A DNA stretch of 64,000 nt from Acidimicrobiia bacterium (GCA_046565765.1 JBKHXX010000057.1:14454-78453); one strand, 5' to 3'; counted from the first letter of the stretch, positions 8,463 to 16,922 are shown. Numbers and translations: made by a program. Notes: generated by a model from the sequence alone, not told the origin.

Positions 8463-11186
8463 GTGCACAGCGGCCCGCTCCGGGAGGCCGTGGAGAGGTC
8501 GGCGGCGCCGGCGGCGGTGGCGCTCGCCCTCGACCGCCTCGAGGAGTCGCACCCCGGGCTGACCGGCCGGCTGCACGACGACCCCGCCCTGTGCGACGCC
8601 CTCATCGCGGTGGTCGCAGCCAGCCGTTCGCTGACCGAGCTCCTCGTCGCCGACGCGGCGGCCATCGAGGTGCTGGCCGCTCTGGACCGCCGCTGCCCGA
8701 TCGGCGGACCGGAGACGGCCGAGGAGCTGCGGCGGGCCAAGCAGCTCGAGTACCTGCGCATCGCGGCCCGCGACCTCACCGGTCGCGACGACCTCCCCGC
8801 AGTGGGACGAGCCCTCGCCTCCCTGGGCGCCGACGTCCTCCGGGCCGCCCATGCGCTGGCCGGCAGCCCACCGCTGGCCGTCATCGGCATGGGAAAGCTG
8901 GGCGGCCGCGAGCTCAACTACGCCAGCGACGTGGACGTGGTCTTCGTGGCCGCGGAGAACGACGACGGGGACGCTGACCGGGCGGCCCGGGCCCTCATGA
9001 ACGCGGCCCGCACGTGCTTCCGGGTGGACGCCGACCTTCGTCCCGAGGGCCGCGACGGGCGGCTCACCCGCACCGTCGGGTCCTACGAGGCCTACTGGGA
9101 CCGCTGGGCCCAGACGTGGGAGTTCCAGGCCCTGATCAAGGCCCGCCCCGTGGCCGGCGACACCGACCTCGGTGCCGCCTTCCACGCCCGGGCCCAGGAG
9201 CGGCTCTGGACCCGCCCCTTCGCCCCCGAGGACCTGCGGGCGGTGCGGTCCATGAAGGCCCGCTCGGAGGCGGAGCTGGCCCGGCGGGGCCTTGCCGAGC
9301 GAGAGGTCAAGCGGGGCCCCGGCGGGATCCGCGACATCGAGTTCGCCGTCCAGCTCCTCCAGCTGGTGCACGGGCGCCACGACCCCGAGCTGCGATCACC
9401 CAACACGCTCGACGCCCTGGCCGAGCTGGCCCGGGCCGGGTACGTCGACGCTCACGACGCAGCCTCCCTGGACGAGGCCTACCGGGTGCTGCGCACCGTC
9501 GAGCACCGGTTGCAGCTGGAGCGCGAGCAGCAGGTGCACGCCATACCCTCCGACCCCGCCGCCCAGGACCGGCTGGCCCGCGTGCTCGGCTACCGGGATA
9601 CCCCCGAGGCGGCGGCCGGCGAGCTGCTGGGCGGCTATCTCCGCCGCCTCCAAGCCGGGGTCCGGACGATCCACGAGCACCTGTTCTTCCGTCCCCTGCT
9701 CGACGCCCTCTCCGCCCACCTGGCCGGGCCAAAAGCCCCGGCGGGGCAGATGTCCCCGGAGGCGGTAGCGGAACGGCTGGCCGCCTTCGGGTTCACCGAC
9801 GCCAAGCGCACCCGGGCCGCCCTCCAGGAGCTGACGCGGGGGCTCACCCGCTCGTCCCGGCTCATGCAGCAGTTCCTGCCGTTGCTGCTGGGCTGGCTGT
9901 CGGAGGCGCCCGATCCCGACCTCGGCCTGCTCGGCCTGCGGAAGCTGGCGTCGGGCGGCCAGCGCACGACCGAGCTGGCCGTGGCCTTCCGCGACTCGCC
10001 CGAGTCGGCCCGGCGCCTGTGCCGGCTCCTGGGCACCAGCGCCCGCCTGTCGGCCACCCTCGAACGGGAGCCCGACCTCATCCCCGCCCTGGGGGCGCCG
10101 GGCGGCCTCGACCACCGGCCGGCGGCGGCCATGCTCGCCGCCGCCACCGCCGCCCTCGAGTGGCGTGCCGACCTCGACGCCCGCCAGCACGCCCTCCAGC
10201 GCTTCCGCCGGCGGGAGGAGCTGCGGATCGCCGCCGCCGACGTCCTGGGCCTGGGCGTCGGCGAGGACGTCGGCGAGGACATCGTGGTGACGACGGCCCG
10301 GGCCCTCACCGGCCTGGCGGAGGCGGTGTTGCAGGCCACGCTCGACGTGCTGAGCCCCACGCTGCCCTTCGCCGTCGTGGCCCTGGGCCGGTTCGGCGGG
10401 GCCGAGCTGTCCTACGCCAGCGACCTCGACGTGATCTGCGTGTACGACGGCACGACTGCGGACGACTTCGCCGCCGCCGAGAAGACGGCCGAGGCCCTGC
10501 TGCGGTTCGTGGCCGGGCGCTCGCCCGCCACCCAGGTGTTCCCCATCGACTTCGACCTGCGGCCCGAGGGGAAGGACGGGCCCCTCGCCCGCAGCCTCGA
10601 CGGCTACCGCAACTACTACGACCGGTGGGTCCAGACGTGGGAGCTCCAGGCCCTGGTGCGAGCCCGCTTCGTCGCCGGAGACCCCGACGTGGGCCGGCGC
10701 TTCCTCGACCTGGTCGAGCCCTACGTCTGGCGCGAGCCGTTCCCCGAGGCCGACGTCAAGGAGATCCGCCGCATGAAGGCCCGGGTCGAGCGGGAGCGCA
10801 TCCCCGCCGGCGAGGACCCGCAGTTCCACCTCAAGCTGGGGCGCGGCTCGCTGTCCGACGTGGAGTGGACCGCCCAGCTCCTCCAACTCCGGCACGGCGT
10901 GCGGGCGCAGGGGACGATGACCGCGCTGGACGCCCTGGCTGCCGCAGGGGTGCTCGATGGCGGCGACCGGGCGGTGCTGGCCGACGCCTACCGCTTCTGC
11001 GAGCGCACCCGCAACCGCTGGTTCCTCGTGAAGGGGGCTCCCGACGACTCCCTCCCCCGCCAGCCCGAGAAGCTGGCCCACCTGGCCCGCTCGCTCGACG
11101 TCACCCCGACCGAGCTACGGGAGCACTACCGCCGCGTCACCCGCCGGGCCCGCAACGTGGTCGAGGGCCTGTTCTACGGGAAATGA
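8463..11186 (+). CDS. glnE: Bifunctional glutamine synthetase adenylyltransferase/adenylyl-removing enzyme
   Basis: Two nucleotidyltransferase cores, GMGKLGGRELNYASDVDVVFV and ALGRFGGAELSYASDLDVICV, each followed by a GlnE-type helical domain. The start is taken as the in-frame GTG 8463, just after the upstream stop at 8443. Confidence 0.9.
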   Translation: MHSGPLREAVERSAAPAAVALALDRLEESHPGLTGRLHDDPALCDALIAVVAASRSLTELLVADAAAIEVLAALDRRCPIGGPETAEELRRAKQLEYLRIAARDLTGRDDLPAVGRALASLGADVLRAAHALAGSPPLAVIGMGKLGGRELNYASDVDVVFVAAENDDGDADRAARALMNAARTCFRVDADLRPEGRDGRLTRTVGSYEAYWDRWAQTWEFQALIKARPVAGDTDLGAAFHARAQERLWTRPFAPEDLRAVRSMKARSEAELARRGLAEREVKRGPGGIRDIEFAVQLLQLVHGRHDPELRSPNTLDALAELARAGYVDAHDAASLDEAYRVLRTVEHRLQLEREQQVHAIPSDPAAQDRLARVLGYRDTPEAAAGELLGGYLRRLQAGVRTIHEHLFFRPLLDALSAHLAGPKAPAGQMSPEAVAERLAAFGFTDAKRTRAALQELTRGLTRSSRLMQQFLPLLLGWLSEAPDPDLGLLGLRKLASGGQRTTELAVAFRDSPESARRLCRLLGTSARLSATLEREPDLIPALGAPGGLDHRPAAAMLAAATAALEWRADLDARQHALQRFRRREELRIAAADVLGLGVGEDVGEDIVVTTARALTGLAEAVLQATLDVLSPTLPFAVVALGRFGGAELSYASDLDVICVYDGTTADDFAAAEKTAEALLRFVAGRSPATQVFPIDFDLRPEGKDGPLARSLDGYRNYYDRWVQTWELQALVRARFVAGDPDVGRRFLDLVEPYVWREPFPEADVKEIRRMKARVERERIPAGEDPQFHLKLGRGSLSDVEWTAQLLQLRHGVRAQGTMTALDALAAAGVLDGGDRAVLADAYRFCERTRNRWFLVKGAPDDSLPRQPEKLAHLARSLDVTPTELREHYRRVTRRARNVVEGLFYGK

Positions 11187-11188
11187 AC

Positions 11189-11210
11189 GGCCTCGCCCGT
11201 GGGCGAGGCC
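11189..11210 (+). terminator. GC-rich hairpin 3 nt after the glnE stop
   Basis: GGCCTCGCC-cgtg-GGCGAGGCC, a perfect 9-10 bp stem. There is no U-tract, which is common in high-GC actinobacteria. Confidence 0.5.
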
Positions 11211-11373
11211 CGATCATCCCTGCTCGGTTCGATCTTCACGACTATGCAACAGGCTCGCAACGTGGCGTCAATTCGATCGTGGACCGGCCCGGCTACGGTC
11301 ACCTGAGTGCCCACCGCACGCCCGCCCGGGCACGGACGGCACGAGGCAAGGGAGGTGGTCGAGGAGCACGACA

Positions 11374-11395
11374 GGCCGTGAACCTGTTCACGGCC
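11374..11395. promoter_or_regulatory. Perfect 10-bp inverted repeat upstream of ectA (candidate operator or 5'-UTR hairpin)
   Basis: GGCCGTGAAC-ct-GTTCACGGCC, 76 nt upstream of the ectA ATG. Confidence 0.4.
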
Positions 11396-11471
11396 CGCCA
11401 GGACAGCACCCAGGTCTCCCCGCGCGGCGGAAGCGTCGGGAGCCCCACGTCGGGAAGTCCAGCTCCGTCCC

Positions 11472-12005
11472 ATGACCATCGAGCCCTTGTCGCACCGCGG
11501 TCGCCCGGGGGACCTGACGTTCCGGTCTCCGGACGTGGCCGACGCCGCCACCGTCTGGCGTCTCGCCCGTAGCTGCGAAGGTCTCGACGAGAACTCCCCC
11601 TACGCCTACCTGCTCGTCTGCTCGCACTTTGCGGCCACGTCGGTCGTGGCCACATGCGGCCGTGAGGTGGTTGGGTTCGCGTCCGCCTACCGGCCCCCGA
11701 CAGCACGCGAGGCCGTGTTCGTCTGGCAGATCGCAGTCGCCCCCGACTGGCGGGGGGTGGGCGTTGGCACCCACCTGCTGGCGGCCCTGCTCGAGCGGCC
11801 GGCCAATCGCGACGCCACCCATCTCGAGGCGACCGTCACCGCCCCCAACCTGCCCTCCGAGCGGCTGTTCCGGTCGTTCGCCGAACACCGACAGGCTCGC
11901 TGCGCGACGTCGGTGATGTTCCCCGCGGGTGCCTTCCCCGGTACGGAGCACGAAGCCGAGGTGCTCTTCCGGATCGGCCCCTTGCGGCTGTCACGCCCTG
12001 CATGA
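11472..12005 (+). CDS. ectA: L-2,4-diaminobutyrate acetyltransferase
   Basis: GNAT fold with an EctA-like N-terminus (FRSPDVADAATVWRLARSCEGLDENSPYAYLLVCSHF) and acetyl-CoA motif VAPDWRGVGVGTHLL. First gene of an ect cluster. Confidence 0.9.
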   Translation: MTIEPLSHRGRPGDLTFRSPDVADAATVWRLARSCEGLDENSPYAYLLVCSHFAATSVVATCGREVVGFASAYRPPTAREAVFVWQIAVAPDWRGVGVGTHLLAALLERPANRDATHLEATVTAPNLPSERLFRSFAEHRQARCATSVMFPAGAFPGTEHEAEVLFRIGPLRLSRPA

Positions 12006-12052
12006 ACCCCGCGTCCCCGGTCTCGGGGCGCCGACCACCAGGAGAGTCGCGG

Positions 12053-13342
12053 ATGAACACCGTCAACCGTCTCGAGTCCGAGGTGCGGGCCTACTGCCGC
12101 GCCTGGCCGACCGACTTCGCCGTCGCCAGGGGATGCCGCCTGACCGACGTGAACGGCCGGCGCTACCTGGACCTCTTCGCCGGGGCGGGGTCGCTCAACT
12201 ACGGGCACAACCACCCCGTCCTCAAGGCGGCACTCATCGAGTACCTCGCCGCCGACGGCATCGTCCACAGCCTCGACATGGCGACGGTGGCCAAGGAGCG
12301 CTTCCTCGACACCTTCGACCGGCTGATCCTCCGCCCGAGAGGCCTGCGGTACAAGGTGCAGTTCCCCGGACCGACGGGGACGAACTCGGTGGAGGCGGCG
12401 CTGAAGCTCGCCCGGAAGGTGACCGGTCGTGACCGCATCGTGAGCTTCACCAACTCCTTCCACGGCATGACCCTGGGCTCACTGTCGGTCACGGGCAACT
12501 CCATCAAGCGCAACGGCGCCGGCCTGCCCCTCGGCTCGACCGTGAGCATGCCGTTCGACGGCTATCTCGGTGAAGGCGTCGACACGCTCGACCTGTTCGA
12601 GTCGATGGTCGACGACGCCGGGAGCGGGTTCGACCGACCGGCAGCCGCCATCGTGGAGACCGTCCAGGCCGAAGGGGGGATCAACGTGGCCTCCATGGGA
12701 TGGCTGCGGAGGCTCGCCGACGTATGCCGCCGCCACGAGATGCTGCTGATCATCGACGACATCCAGGTCGGCAACGGCCGCACCGGATCGTTCTTCAGCT
12801 TCGAGCCGGCGGAGGTCGTGCCTGACATCGTCTGCCTGTCCAAGTCCCTGAGTGGGTACGGCCTGCCCCTCGCGGTGACGCTGATCCGGCCGGAGCTCGA
12901 CATCTGGGCGCCGGGCGAGCACAACGGCACCTTCCGCGGTCACAACCCCGCCTTCGTGACCGCCACGGCCGCTCTCGACACGTTCTGGACGTCCGCCGCC
13001 CTGGCCAAGGACGTCGCCCGCAAGGGCGGGCGCATCGAGGCCGGGCTGGAGCAGCTCGTGCAGGCGTACCCCGAGCTGCACGGCGAGGTACGGGGCCGGG
13101 GCATGCTCCAGGGCATCGTCTGCGACCCGCCCGCCCTCGCCGGCAAGGTGACGAGGGCGGCCTTCGACCGGAACGTGATCATCGAGACGTCGGGCATCGA
13201 GGGCCAGACGATCAAGATGCTCCCCCCGCTCGTCATCGACCACGAGGACCTGGATGAGGGGTTGTCGGTGCTCGACCTGTCGATCGCCGACGCCCTGGGG
13301 GTGGCGCCCCGCGCCGACCTGGAGGAGCTCGCCGGTGTCTGA
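12053..13342 (+). CDS. ectB: Diaminobutyrate--2-oxoglutarate transaminase
   Basis: MNTVNRLESEVRAYCRAWP is a typical EctB N-terminus. Class-III aminotransferase with PLP-Lys region CLSKSLSGYGLP. GGAGAG lies 6-7 nt before ATG 12053. An alternative ATG 12002 (ATGA overlap with ectA) would add 17 non-conserved-looking residues. Confidence 0.9.
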   Translation: MNTVNRLESEVRAYCRAWPTDFAVARGCRLTDVNGRRYLDLFAGAGSLNYGHNHPVLKAALIEYLAADGIVHSLDMATVAKERFLDTFDRLILRPRGLRYKVQFPGPTGTNSVEAALKLARKVTGRDRIVSFTNSFHGMTLGSLSVTGNSIKRNGAGLPLGSTVSMPFDGYLGEGVDTLDLFESMVDDAGSGFDRPAAAIVETVQAEGGINVASMGWLRRLADVCRRHEMLLIIDDIQVGNGRTGSFFSFEPAEVVPDIVCLSKSLSGYGLPLAVTLIRPELDIWAPGEHNGTFRGHNPAFVTATAALDTFWTSAALAKDVARKGGRIEAGLEQLVQAYPELHGEVRGRGMLQGIVCDPPALAGKVTRAAFDRNVIIETSGIEGQTIKMLPPLVIDHEDLDEGLSVLDLSIADALGVAPRADLEELAGV

Positions 13343-13381
13343 CCTCCATTTGCGACGGGTCTCCCCCCGGAGGAGGCGGGC

Positions 13382-14650
13382 GTGATCGTCAGGACGATCG
13401 AGGAGGTCGCCGGGACCGACCGCGCCGTGGAAGCGCCGACGTTCGTCAGCCATCGTCTGCTCCTGGCGCGGGACGGGACCGACTTCTCCCTCCACGACAC
13501 CACGCTCCACGCCGGCACGACCACGACGATGGAGTACCGCCACCACACGGAGGCGGTGTACTGCCTGTCCGGAGAGGGAGAGCTCGAGGATGTGGCCACC
13601 GGCGCCCGGTGGGCCGTCCGGCCCGGCGTCCTCTACGTCGTCGACGAGCACGAGCGCCACGAGCTACGCGCCCGTACCGACCTGCGCATGGTGTGCGTGT
13701 TCACGCCGCCCCTCGTCGGCTCGGAGGTGCACGACGGCGACGGCGTGTACCCCCGGTTGGCGGCGGCGGCACCCACCGACCGGTACCCGACACGGAAGGG
13801 CGACAGGCCGGCCCTGATGCCCCGCCTCGACCCGGTCGTGCACGGGCCGGCCGGCGGCGGCCCGCTGGCTGCCGGCCAGCTCGCCTCGTACGAGCGCGAC
13901 GGGTTCCTCCAGCTCCCCGAGATGTTCGGCCCGGCCGAGGTGGCGGAGCTACGCGAGGAGATGGAGGCCCTGGCCGCCCGGCCCGCCCTGCGCGACTCGG
14001 GGCGCGTGGTCATCGAGCCGCACGGCGACGTGGTGCGCTCCGTCTTCGAGGTCCACCGGGTCAGCGAGCTGTTCGGGAAGCTGGCCGCCGACCCGAGGCT
14101 CGCCGACGCCGCTCGCCAACTGCTGGGTTCGGACGTCTACGTCCACCAGAGCCGGGTGAACTACAAGCCGGGCTTCGGGGGCGAGGGCTTCTACTGGCAC
14201 TCCGACTTCGAGACCTGGCACGCCGAGGACGGGTTGCCCGCCATGCGGGCCGTGAGCTTCTCGGTGGCCCTCAGCGACAACCTCGTCGTCAACGGCCCCC
14301 TCATGATCATCCCGGGTTCCCACCGGACGTTCGTCTCCTGCCCCGGGGAGACGCCCCCCGACCACTACCGCGAGTCGTTGCGCAGCCAACAGATCGGCAC
14401 CCCCGACGACCGCAGCCTCCAGGCCCTCGCCGAGGAGGCGGGCGAGATCCGCGCCTTCGTCGGGAAGGCCGGCGGCGTGACGATCTTCGACTGCAACTGC
14501 ATGCACGGTTCGGGAAGCAACATCTCACCCCACCCGCGCAGCAACGTCTTCATCGTCTACAACAGCGTGGAGAACACCCCTGTCGAGCCGTTCGCGGCGC
14601 CCACCCGGCGCCCGTCGTTCGTGGCCGGCCGCGACTTCACCCCGATCTGA
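13382..14650 (+). CDS. ectC-ectD: Fused ectoine synthase (EctC, aa ~1-128) and ectoine hydroxylase (EctD, aa ~134-422)
   Basis: Single uninterrupted 422-codon ORF starting at GTG. The N-terminal cupin is MIVRTIEEV...YRHHTEAVYCLSGEGELE...HELRA. The C-terminal part is DRYPTRKGD...YERDGFLQLPEMF...FYWHSDFETWHAEDGLPAMRAVS (EctD signature)...CNCMHGSGSNISP. Confidence 0.85.
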   Translation: MIVRTIEEVAGTDRAVEAPTFVSHRLLLARDGTDFSLHDTTLHAGTTTTMEYRHHTEAVYCLSGEGELEDVATGARWAVRPGVLYVVDEHERHELRARTDLRMVCVFTPPLVGSEVHDGDGVYPRLAAAAPTDRYPTRKGDRPALMPRLDPVVHGPAGGGPLAAGQLASYERDGFLQLPEMFGPAEVAELREEMEALAARPALRDSGRVVIEPHGDVVRSVFEVHRVSELFGKLAADPRLADAARQLLGSDVYVHQSRVNYKPGFGGEGFYWHSDFETWHAEDGLPAMRAVSFSVALSDNLVVNGPLMIIPGSHRTFVSCPGETPPDHYRESLRSQQIGTPDDRSLQALAEEAGEIRAFVGKAGGVTIFDCNCMHGSGSNISPHPRSNVFIVYNSVENTPVEPFAAPTRRPSFVAGRDFTPI

Positions 14651-14665
14651 CCCCCCCGTCGCCTC

Positions 14666-14971
14666 CTAGGCCTCTTTGAGGTGGCTGCCGGCCCAGAAGC
14701 CGCCGAAGGGCACGGCGGACATGACGATGACCAGCAGCGTCCGCCACCCGTCCCAGCCCTGCGACTCCCGGATGCGCAGCACGAGGGCCACGTAGATCAG
14801 CACCGCGATGCCGTGGATCGGTCCGAGCACGCCGATGTAGCGGGGACCGTCGAAGACCCGGTAGAGCACGACGGCAGCGAGCAGCAACAGGTAGCTGACG
14901 GCCTCGACGAGGGCGACGACCCGGAAGGCGGCCACCTCTCCCGAGAGCTGGGGGTGGGACGGCGCGGTCAC
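14666..14971 (-). CDS. DUF3817-type small integral membrane protein
   Basis: Tail of track ORF 14666..15415 from the in-frame GTG 14971: VTAPSH...FRVVALVEAVSYLLLLAAVVLYRV...GPIHGIAVLIYVALVL...MSAVPFGGFWAGSHL. A CATACT -10-like hexamer ends 7 nt before the GTG, so the mRNA is possibly leaderless. Confidence 0.7.
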   Translation of the reverse strand: MTAPSHPQLSGEVAAFRVVALVEAVSYLLLLAAVVLYRVFDGPRYIGVLGPIHGIAVLIYVALVLRIRESQGWDGWRTLLVIVMSAVPFGGFWAGSHLKEA

Positions 14972-14990
14972 GGCGCCGAGTATGCCTGCG

Positions 14991-15028
14991 CGAGAGGAGG
15001 GCAGGCCAGGTGGCCTGCCCTCCTCTCG
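14991..15028 (-). terminator. Strong hairpin 14 nt downstream of the hydrogenase-like gene
   Basis: CGAGAGGAGGGCAGGCCA-gg-TGGCCTGCCCTCCTCTCG, a perfect 18-nt inverted repeat between the stop at 15042 and the next gene start at 14971. Confidence 0.6.
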
Positions 15029-15041
15029 GGTACCTCGCCGA

Positions 15042-16922
15042 CTATTCGAAGGTGCAGCCGCAGGAGTTGACCTCTCGCACGATGACGCCCTGGCCGGTGT
15101 CCATGTGGGTGGTGCAGGGCATGCAGGGGTTGAGGCTGCGCACCGCCCGGAGGACGTCGATGCCCTTGATCTGGTCCTCGGGGACCGACTCGAGCAGCGG
15201 GGTGTCGACCACACACTCCTCGTAGGGGCCGAGACGCCCGAAGGCGTCGGTGGGCGAGGCGTTGAGCGTGGACGGCGTCGTGATCTGGTAGTTGACCAGC
15301 TTCCCCTTGTCCATCTCGGCGTGGTGGACCAGGAACCCTCGGGCCGCCTCCCAGAAGCCGACCGCGATGCGGTGGTCCTTGGGGATCCGGAACGGGGTGT
15401 GGACCTTGGTCTCACCGGCCCGCCAGTACTCGAACGCCTTCAGCAGGCAGTTCATGGCGATGCAGGCCGACATGGCCATGGCGTAGGCCCGGCCCCGGTT
15501 GCGCTCGAGAGCGTTCAGGGTGCGGGGCACGGCCCACATGAGCTCGGTTTCGGGCAGGGCGTGGCGGGGGAGCAGCATGCGCATGCCGTCGCCGGTCGCC
15601 TCGTAGAACGGGTTGTCCGGGTGCTTCTGGGCCATGGAGACGCCCCAGATCTGGCCGTACGCACCGGTCTCGATGGCGTTGCGGTCCCAACGGGGCGCGG
15701 TGTCCCACGTGTAGCGCTCACGGAAGTTGGTGGCCGTGGGCTTCGGGATCGTGGTCTTGTTCCACGGGTGGTAGGGCGACAACGGGTTGCCCAGCGGGTC
15801 GGTCTTGTACTTCTGGGGCCCGGTCTTGGTCCAGTCCTCGTAGAAGGAGTGGTCGACGAACTCCTCGTAGCCGATGTTGATGTCGCTCAGGTTGGTGGTG
15901 ACCAGCTTGCCGTCGATGATCATCGTGGGCGTCGACCAGCGGGCGTTGCCCCAGGTGTCGACGTTGGCGTACGTGGCGTCGTACACGTCGGAGTTGTCGT
16001 AGATGCCGGTCTGGGCGATGTTCACCTGGCGGGCGCCCACCCGCTCGTACTCGGGGTTGGCCTCGTAGAAGAAGTCGCAGATGTCGTCCCAGATGCGGGG
16101 GAGGACCTTGCAGAAGTCGATGATCTTGCCCAGCTGCGAGTAGTACTCGTTGAACGAGCTGGTCGTGATCGTGGTCGACACGCCGCCGGGGACCAGCGTC
16201 GAGGGGTGGGGGAACTTGCCGTACATGAGCATGCACATGATCCGCCCCACCCGGGTCCACTCGAGGGCCTCGAGGTAGATCTTCCCGGTGAGGGGGTTCA
16301 TGGCGTCCATGATGTCTTTGATGGTCGTGTAGCCGTGGATGTCGGCGTTGGGGGCCAGCGTCTTCTCGGCCCTCGTCACCAGCTCGGGGTTGGTGACCGA
16401 GACCAGCGAGGTCGAGTAGTCGGGCCCGGCGAGGAGGCCGAGATGCAGGGGACGGTCATAGAACATCTCGGCCGCCTCGCCAAGGTTGCGGACCTCGACG
16501 CCCAACGGCGGAGCACAGATGCCGAAGAGCTGCTCGAGGCAGAGAGCCGACACGGTGGCGTGCACGCCACCGCAGACCCCGCAGGCCCGCGACGAGATGT
16601 CGATGGCGTCACGGGGGTCACGGCCCTGGAGGATGATCTCGTACCCACGGAAGAGCATGGCCCGGGCGTGGCACTCCACCGCCTTGCGGCTCTCGAGGTC
16701 GAGGACGGTGTGGATGGCCAGTGCGCCGGCCACCCGGGTCATCGGGTCGATCGACCACTCACGCAGCCGGGGAGGGGCGGCCAGCTGGGCGCCCGGACCC
16801 GAGCGGCGCCGCACATAGCCCTTGCGCGGCGTCGACTGCATGGCGTATGGATTCTCGACGCCGGCCCGCAGGCGGGCCTTCCCGGCGGCGTCGAACTCGA
16901 TGGGAAGGTTCTTGAAGCACAT
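15042..16922 (-). CDS. [NiFe]-hydrogenase large-subunit homologue (stand-alone, atypical)
   Basis: Track ORF 15042..16970 trimmed to ATG 16922 (MCFKNLPIEF...). N-terminal metal motif SSRACGVCGGVH and C-terminal NPCMPCTTH plus a 20-aa tail. Homology by eye runs across the length (FRGYEIILQGRDPRDA, HPSTLVPGG, GFWEAARGFLVHH). No small-subunit gene is adjacent. Confidence 0.85.
   Translation of the reverse strand: MCFKNLPIEFDAAGKARLRAGVENPYAMQSTPRKGYVRRRSGPGAQLAAPPRLREWSIDPMTRVAGALAIHTVLDLESRKAVECHARAMLFRGYEIILQGRDPRDAIDISSRACGVCGGVHATVSALCLEQLFGICAPPLGVEVRNLGEAAEMFYDRPLHLGLLAGPDYSTSLVSVTNPELVTRAEKTLAPNADIHGYTTIKDIMDAMNPLTGKIYLEALEWTRVGRIMCMLMYGKFPHPSTLVPGGVSTTITTSSFNEYYSQLGKIIDFCKVLPRIWDDICDFFYEANPEYERVGARQVNIAQTGIYDNSDVYDATYANVDTWGNARWSTPTMIIDGKLVTTNLSDINIGYEEFVDHSFYEDWTKTGPQKYKTDPLGNPLSPYHPWNKTTIPKPTATNFRERYTWDTAPRWDRNAIETGAYGQIWGVSMAQKHPDNPFYEATGDGMRMLLPRHALPETELMWAVPRTLNALERNRGRAYAMAMSACIAMNCLLKAFEYWRAGETKVHTPFRIPKDHRIAVGFWEAARGFLVHHAEMDKGKLVNYQITTPSTLNASPTDAFGRLGPYEECVVDTPLLESVPEDQIKGIDVLRAVRSLNPCMPCTTHMDTGQGVIVREVNSCGCTFE

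Noticed and set aside
4268-8917. 846-aa ORF 4268..6808 (+) and the 5' extension of ORF 5099..8917 (-) beyond 6829
   Set aside because: The first is antisense to nadE. The second runs antisense through the ECF fusion gene, and its upstream 690 aa are Arg/Gly/Ala-rich with no motifs. NadE homology starts only at ~6829/6793.
12002-12052. ATG 12002 (ATGA overlap with ectA) as the ectB start
   Set aside because: The 17 extra residues (MNPASPVSGRRPPGESR) look non-conserved, whereas ATG 12053 has a GGAGAG SD and yields a canonical EctB N-terminus. It is kept as an alternative only.
15042-16922. Idea that the hydrogenase-like gene is a [NiFeSe] selenoprotein explaining the Sec machinery
   Set aside because: The ORF is uninterrupted. 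The position that is Sec in [NiFeSe] enzymes (the first Cys of the C-terminal CxxC) is an ordinary Cys codon within NPCMPCTTH, and there is no in-frame TGA.
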